A stretch of 35,796 nt of DNA, from positions 1 through 35,796 of the forward strand of contig NKIB01000025.1 of assembly GCA_002256025.1 (NCBI GenBank), in the 5' to 3' direction. Made by a program: the position numbers and the translations under genes. How positions within the stretch are numbered: the first letter of the stretch is position 1; every line of letters begins with the position of its first letter. The stretch is from Asterionella formosa. Taxonomy: Eukaryota. Under the pieces are notes generated by a model. It searched no databases. It was given only the letters and a program-made list of their open reading frames with translations, and was not told the DNA's origin. Shown here one piece after another: positions 32,714 to 35,796 of this stretch.

Positions 32714-34200
32714 CCAGCAAGCAAGTTGTGGTAATTTTGCTGAAATGGAAAATGTATCACAGGACAGGCGCTCTACCAGTAAATGAATGAACAGTCACTC
32801 TTAGTAAATGAATGCAATATTTCTTGAAGGCCAAGAAATGGAGCCATATTTTCATGTCAGAGACCGTAATTCACAGCAGAAATTGCTTCCAATACACCAC
32901 AAAATGATGTAAATCGCAGTCATCTCATTAACAACAACGAAACCTACTACAGAACGAAAACAGTCTCAAACATCTAAAAAGTACAAGTTGATACCTAATT
33001 CTTTGGATAAGACTGTAGTGTCACTTATTTAATAATCTAAAGTTATGGAATTAGAAACATGAAAGGCAAATAACAATGGCAAACTACCATATGGTGCAAT
33101 ATCAAATATTGTTTCATCAAAGGCTTGGCTAACAAAACCTATTATGGTCCAGTACCATTTGCAGTAGCTAAATCAGGCGAGAAAGGCAACTAATTCACTA
33201 GTACAATTACCTGCTACTATGAAACTAAATGATTCACAGCACCAGTTGTTGGCAGGATTTATATGACCTCATCAATTCCTACCCTGACAGCGAATTCAAG
33301 TTTAAATATCCAAGTCACAAAACGCAAAAAAGACTTACTCACCCGAAAGGAAAGGCCCCTTGCTGCATTGCTTTGCTGTTGAAAAGGAAGATATTGCTGA
33401 CCTGGTGTCGAAAGCATGGGATGAATCCTTTGCCCATATCGCAACAAACCAAAAAGCTGTTGCTGAGCAAGGTTGGATTCATTGAACTACAACTTATTGC
33501 TCCATCCGGAAATTCAACTGACAAGGAGTATCGAATCTGCAAACAGAAGCAAGCTAACAATAATCAGCCAACCAGTCTCTTTCATTCCCCAATCCGGAAT
33601 AAACTTGAGCAAAGGCATCATTGGAACCTTCGTTGATCAGGTCATTAAAATATCGCAATCATGAGGATGCTAGAAACAGAGTAAATCTGGACAAACTTGC
33701 CCGCCAACAAAAAAAAACAGCACCAAGGGCGATTACAAGCAATAAATGATACACAGCCAGTGGTCTTCATATCGCTGCAGGCAGGTACTTGTTCCGCCCT
33801 GAAGTGATCGATAACCAGCTGACAAGGAAAAAGCATGCGGAAGAAGTGCAGAGTGAGCGAGAGGATAAGAAAATAGATGCACACCTGGCGCTTGCAAACA
33901 AGGTTTATGCAATCAGAAATCTAAACAAATAGCCTGCGCACGACAGAGTGGACAGTGATGCAAACAAAAACAATGGCAACATCATGGTACAAGCAAGCAG
34001 GCGATTTTCCATCACCCACAACAAAAGAACATCGACTTACCATATACCATGACACCATGACGTGCAGTAACACTGCAATACAAGTTGCAACTGCAATGGC
34101 ACCACTTCCTCACCCTTTGGTCAGTCATATTAGATTACAAGATATGATGAGAGGACTGCCAGTCTAAGAACGAGTGATGCAATGACTACTGCGAATGAAA
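32714..34200 (+). mobile_element. Decayed pogo/Tc1-mariner-like (DDE_1-type) transposon remnant
   Basis: Cross-frame peptide KAWDESFAHIATNQKAVAEQGW / LNYNLLLHPEI (33411-33520), plus TSCWQ and WYKQAGD.PSPTTK, resemble C-terminal motifs I recall from stramenopile pogo-like transposases. Starts near the repeated gcaagttgtggtaattttgctgaaatgg motif. Confidence 0.55.
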
Positions 34201-35584
34201 TTTGCGAGGAGTCTTTGATGGACCCAACAAGATAAAATGAGAATACCACCAGTATGCAAACGATGCAACTACTACTGCACAAAAAATGCAAACGATATAA
34301 TATTTTCTAACCGTAGCCTATAAAAATAAGTACATGTATGACAAATTTTGCTTAATCAAATAGCTATGTATGGTCAGTGTTAATCAATGGCTTTGATCCA
34401 CTTCGACTGGTTTTGTCACTTTTAAAATGGATGGATCTCAGTTACTATACTATGTTCAAGGTAAAGATGATCCAATTCTCATGTAGCTTAATGAGCTAAC
34501 TACAATCGTGGCAAAGGGTGAAAGAGGGGATCGACTTTAGCATAATTCTAGAATTAGTCGAAAAACGATTTAATAACGTGGCTCAAAGCCATTTATAACT
34601 GGTACCTGGCTGGTACCCGAGGTAGCTAGCATTCATAAGCATAGGTTATTAGATTCTTTTCTATATATACTATATACCGGTATAGTAGCAGTATGAAGTA
34701 ATGGTATAGTCGTCATGAATGGCTGAAGAATGCATGGTGCATCATGTTGTCTCAGCCTTGGCAATGACGAAAATAACAAATATCTCAATGAAAAATAAGA
34801 ACGACGCTTTGCTATTGGGTAAATATCTAAAGCACAATATAGAAAATACAATCGAAAAAGATTAGTTGTAATAACACTAGAATTGACAACGAAAATTGAA
34901 ATAGCCGATGGCGCATTTTTAAAATGAAATTTATAGATTCACAATTCAAAGCAACAAGGATTGTTATCAGCAGATTACACACGTTCACTGTAGCTGAAAA
35001 AGGCTACAAAGAAGACTACAACAATAAAATGATTAATTAAAGCAAAAGATGTCAAACAAGTTGTTTATTAGCTTAGCTATGTTTGCTTGTATCAACGCTG
35101 CAAAAGGATGCATATTTACATGGGCATGATGGGAGCGTGATGGTGATGCGATTTCAAAATTGTTTGCTTACCAGTATAAGTACTGGTATGCATAGAACTG
35201 TACTATGTATTATCTTCATTAGCTGACAGTCAATATTCCCAGTAGCCCGGTAGTATAGTAGTTATGGATTAACTCAGTAATCAACAGATACGTTGAAGTG
35301 GAAAACAGCGAACTACATAATTTATTCAAAGACAGTAACAAATTTAGCTAACATTGCCGATATTATGACTTTCTGGGATGCATATGGAAGCCTACTGATG
35401 AGATCCTTAGAGAACCCGGAGGAATTTTTCAGGGGTTTCAACAATCATAGTATACCTAACATGAGCATTTACTATACATACATAGTTTATAATTGTTTTA
35501 TTGGGACATTGGTATCATGATGAGCGATGCTGGCTGGTACAATTTTCCAATCCCAATGACATTGAAACCATTAACTACATCTAA

Positions 35585-35796
35585 GCCGCGAAATACGCCA
35601 CTTTTCGAAATTTCGTCTACGTATGAGTGTTAATTATGTGGTACTTCACATGCATTAATGCCACTCTTCACGTAAAAAAGATTACTTTTAACGGTTTCAT
35701 GTGAAGTTTTAACTGCTTCATGTGAAGTTTTCACAATGAATTTTGAACGCGAGACTGAATTAGTTGATGTTTCAAATAATTCATTTGACTTTTCGA
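35585..35796. repeat. Second copy of the element end seen at 11642; runs off the window edge
   Basis: TAA|gccgcgaaatacgcc..ttcgaaattt..tctacgt..gagtgttaattatgtgg..tacttcacatg. The 34-mer agactgaattagttgatgtttcaaataattcatt is identical at 11747-11780 and 35752-35785. Confidence 0.88.

Overview
This is eukaryotic nuclear DNA, very probably from a diatom or related stramenopile. The evidence is short GT-AG introns, an APS kinase/ATP sulfurylase/pyrophosphatase fusion and a bipartite plastid presequence. Seven intact genes are supported: (1) a membrane-anchored METTL24/Methyltransf_22-like methyltransferase; (2) a trifunctional PAPS synthase with an 11-codon first exon missing from the ORF track and a type II membrane anchor; (3) a two-exon glycerophosphodiester phosphodiesterase; (4) a thylakoid-lumen (Tat) protein; (5) a secreted, intron-containing glycoside hydrolase with GH107 endo-fucanase motifs and a Pro/Thr stalk; (6) snRNP SmD1; (7) a two-exon myosin heavy chain. 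About 9.8-21 kb, 24.4-26.6 kb and 32.7-35.8 kb are mostly decayed mobile DNA: PIF/Harbinger, Ty1/copia RT, pogo-like relics, MITE-like elements and several long hairpins. The standout is the GH107-like fucanase, a family characterised from marine bacteria, here as a spliced eukaryotic gene. Its proximity to predicted Golgi-lumenal sulfation and methylation enzymes suggests, but does not prove, a sulfated-fucan synthesis and remodelling locus. All family assignments come from motif recognition, not database searches.
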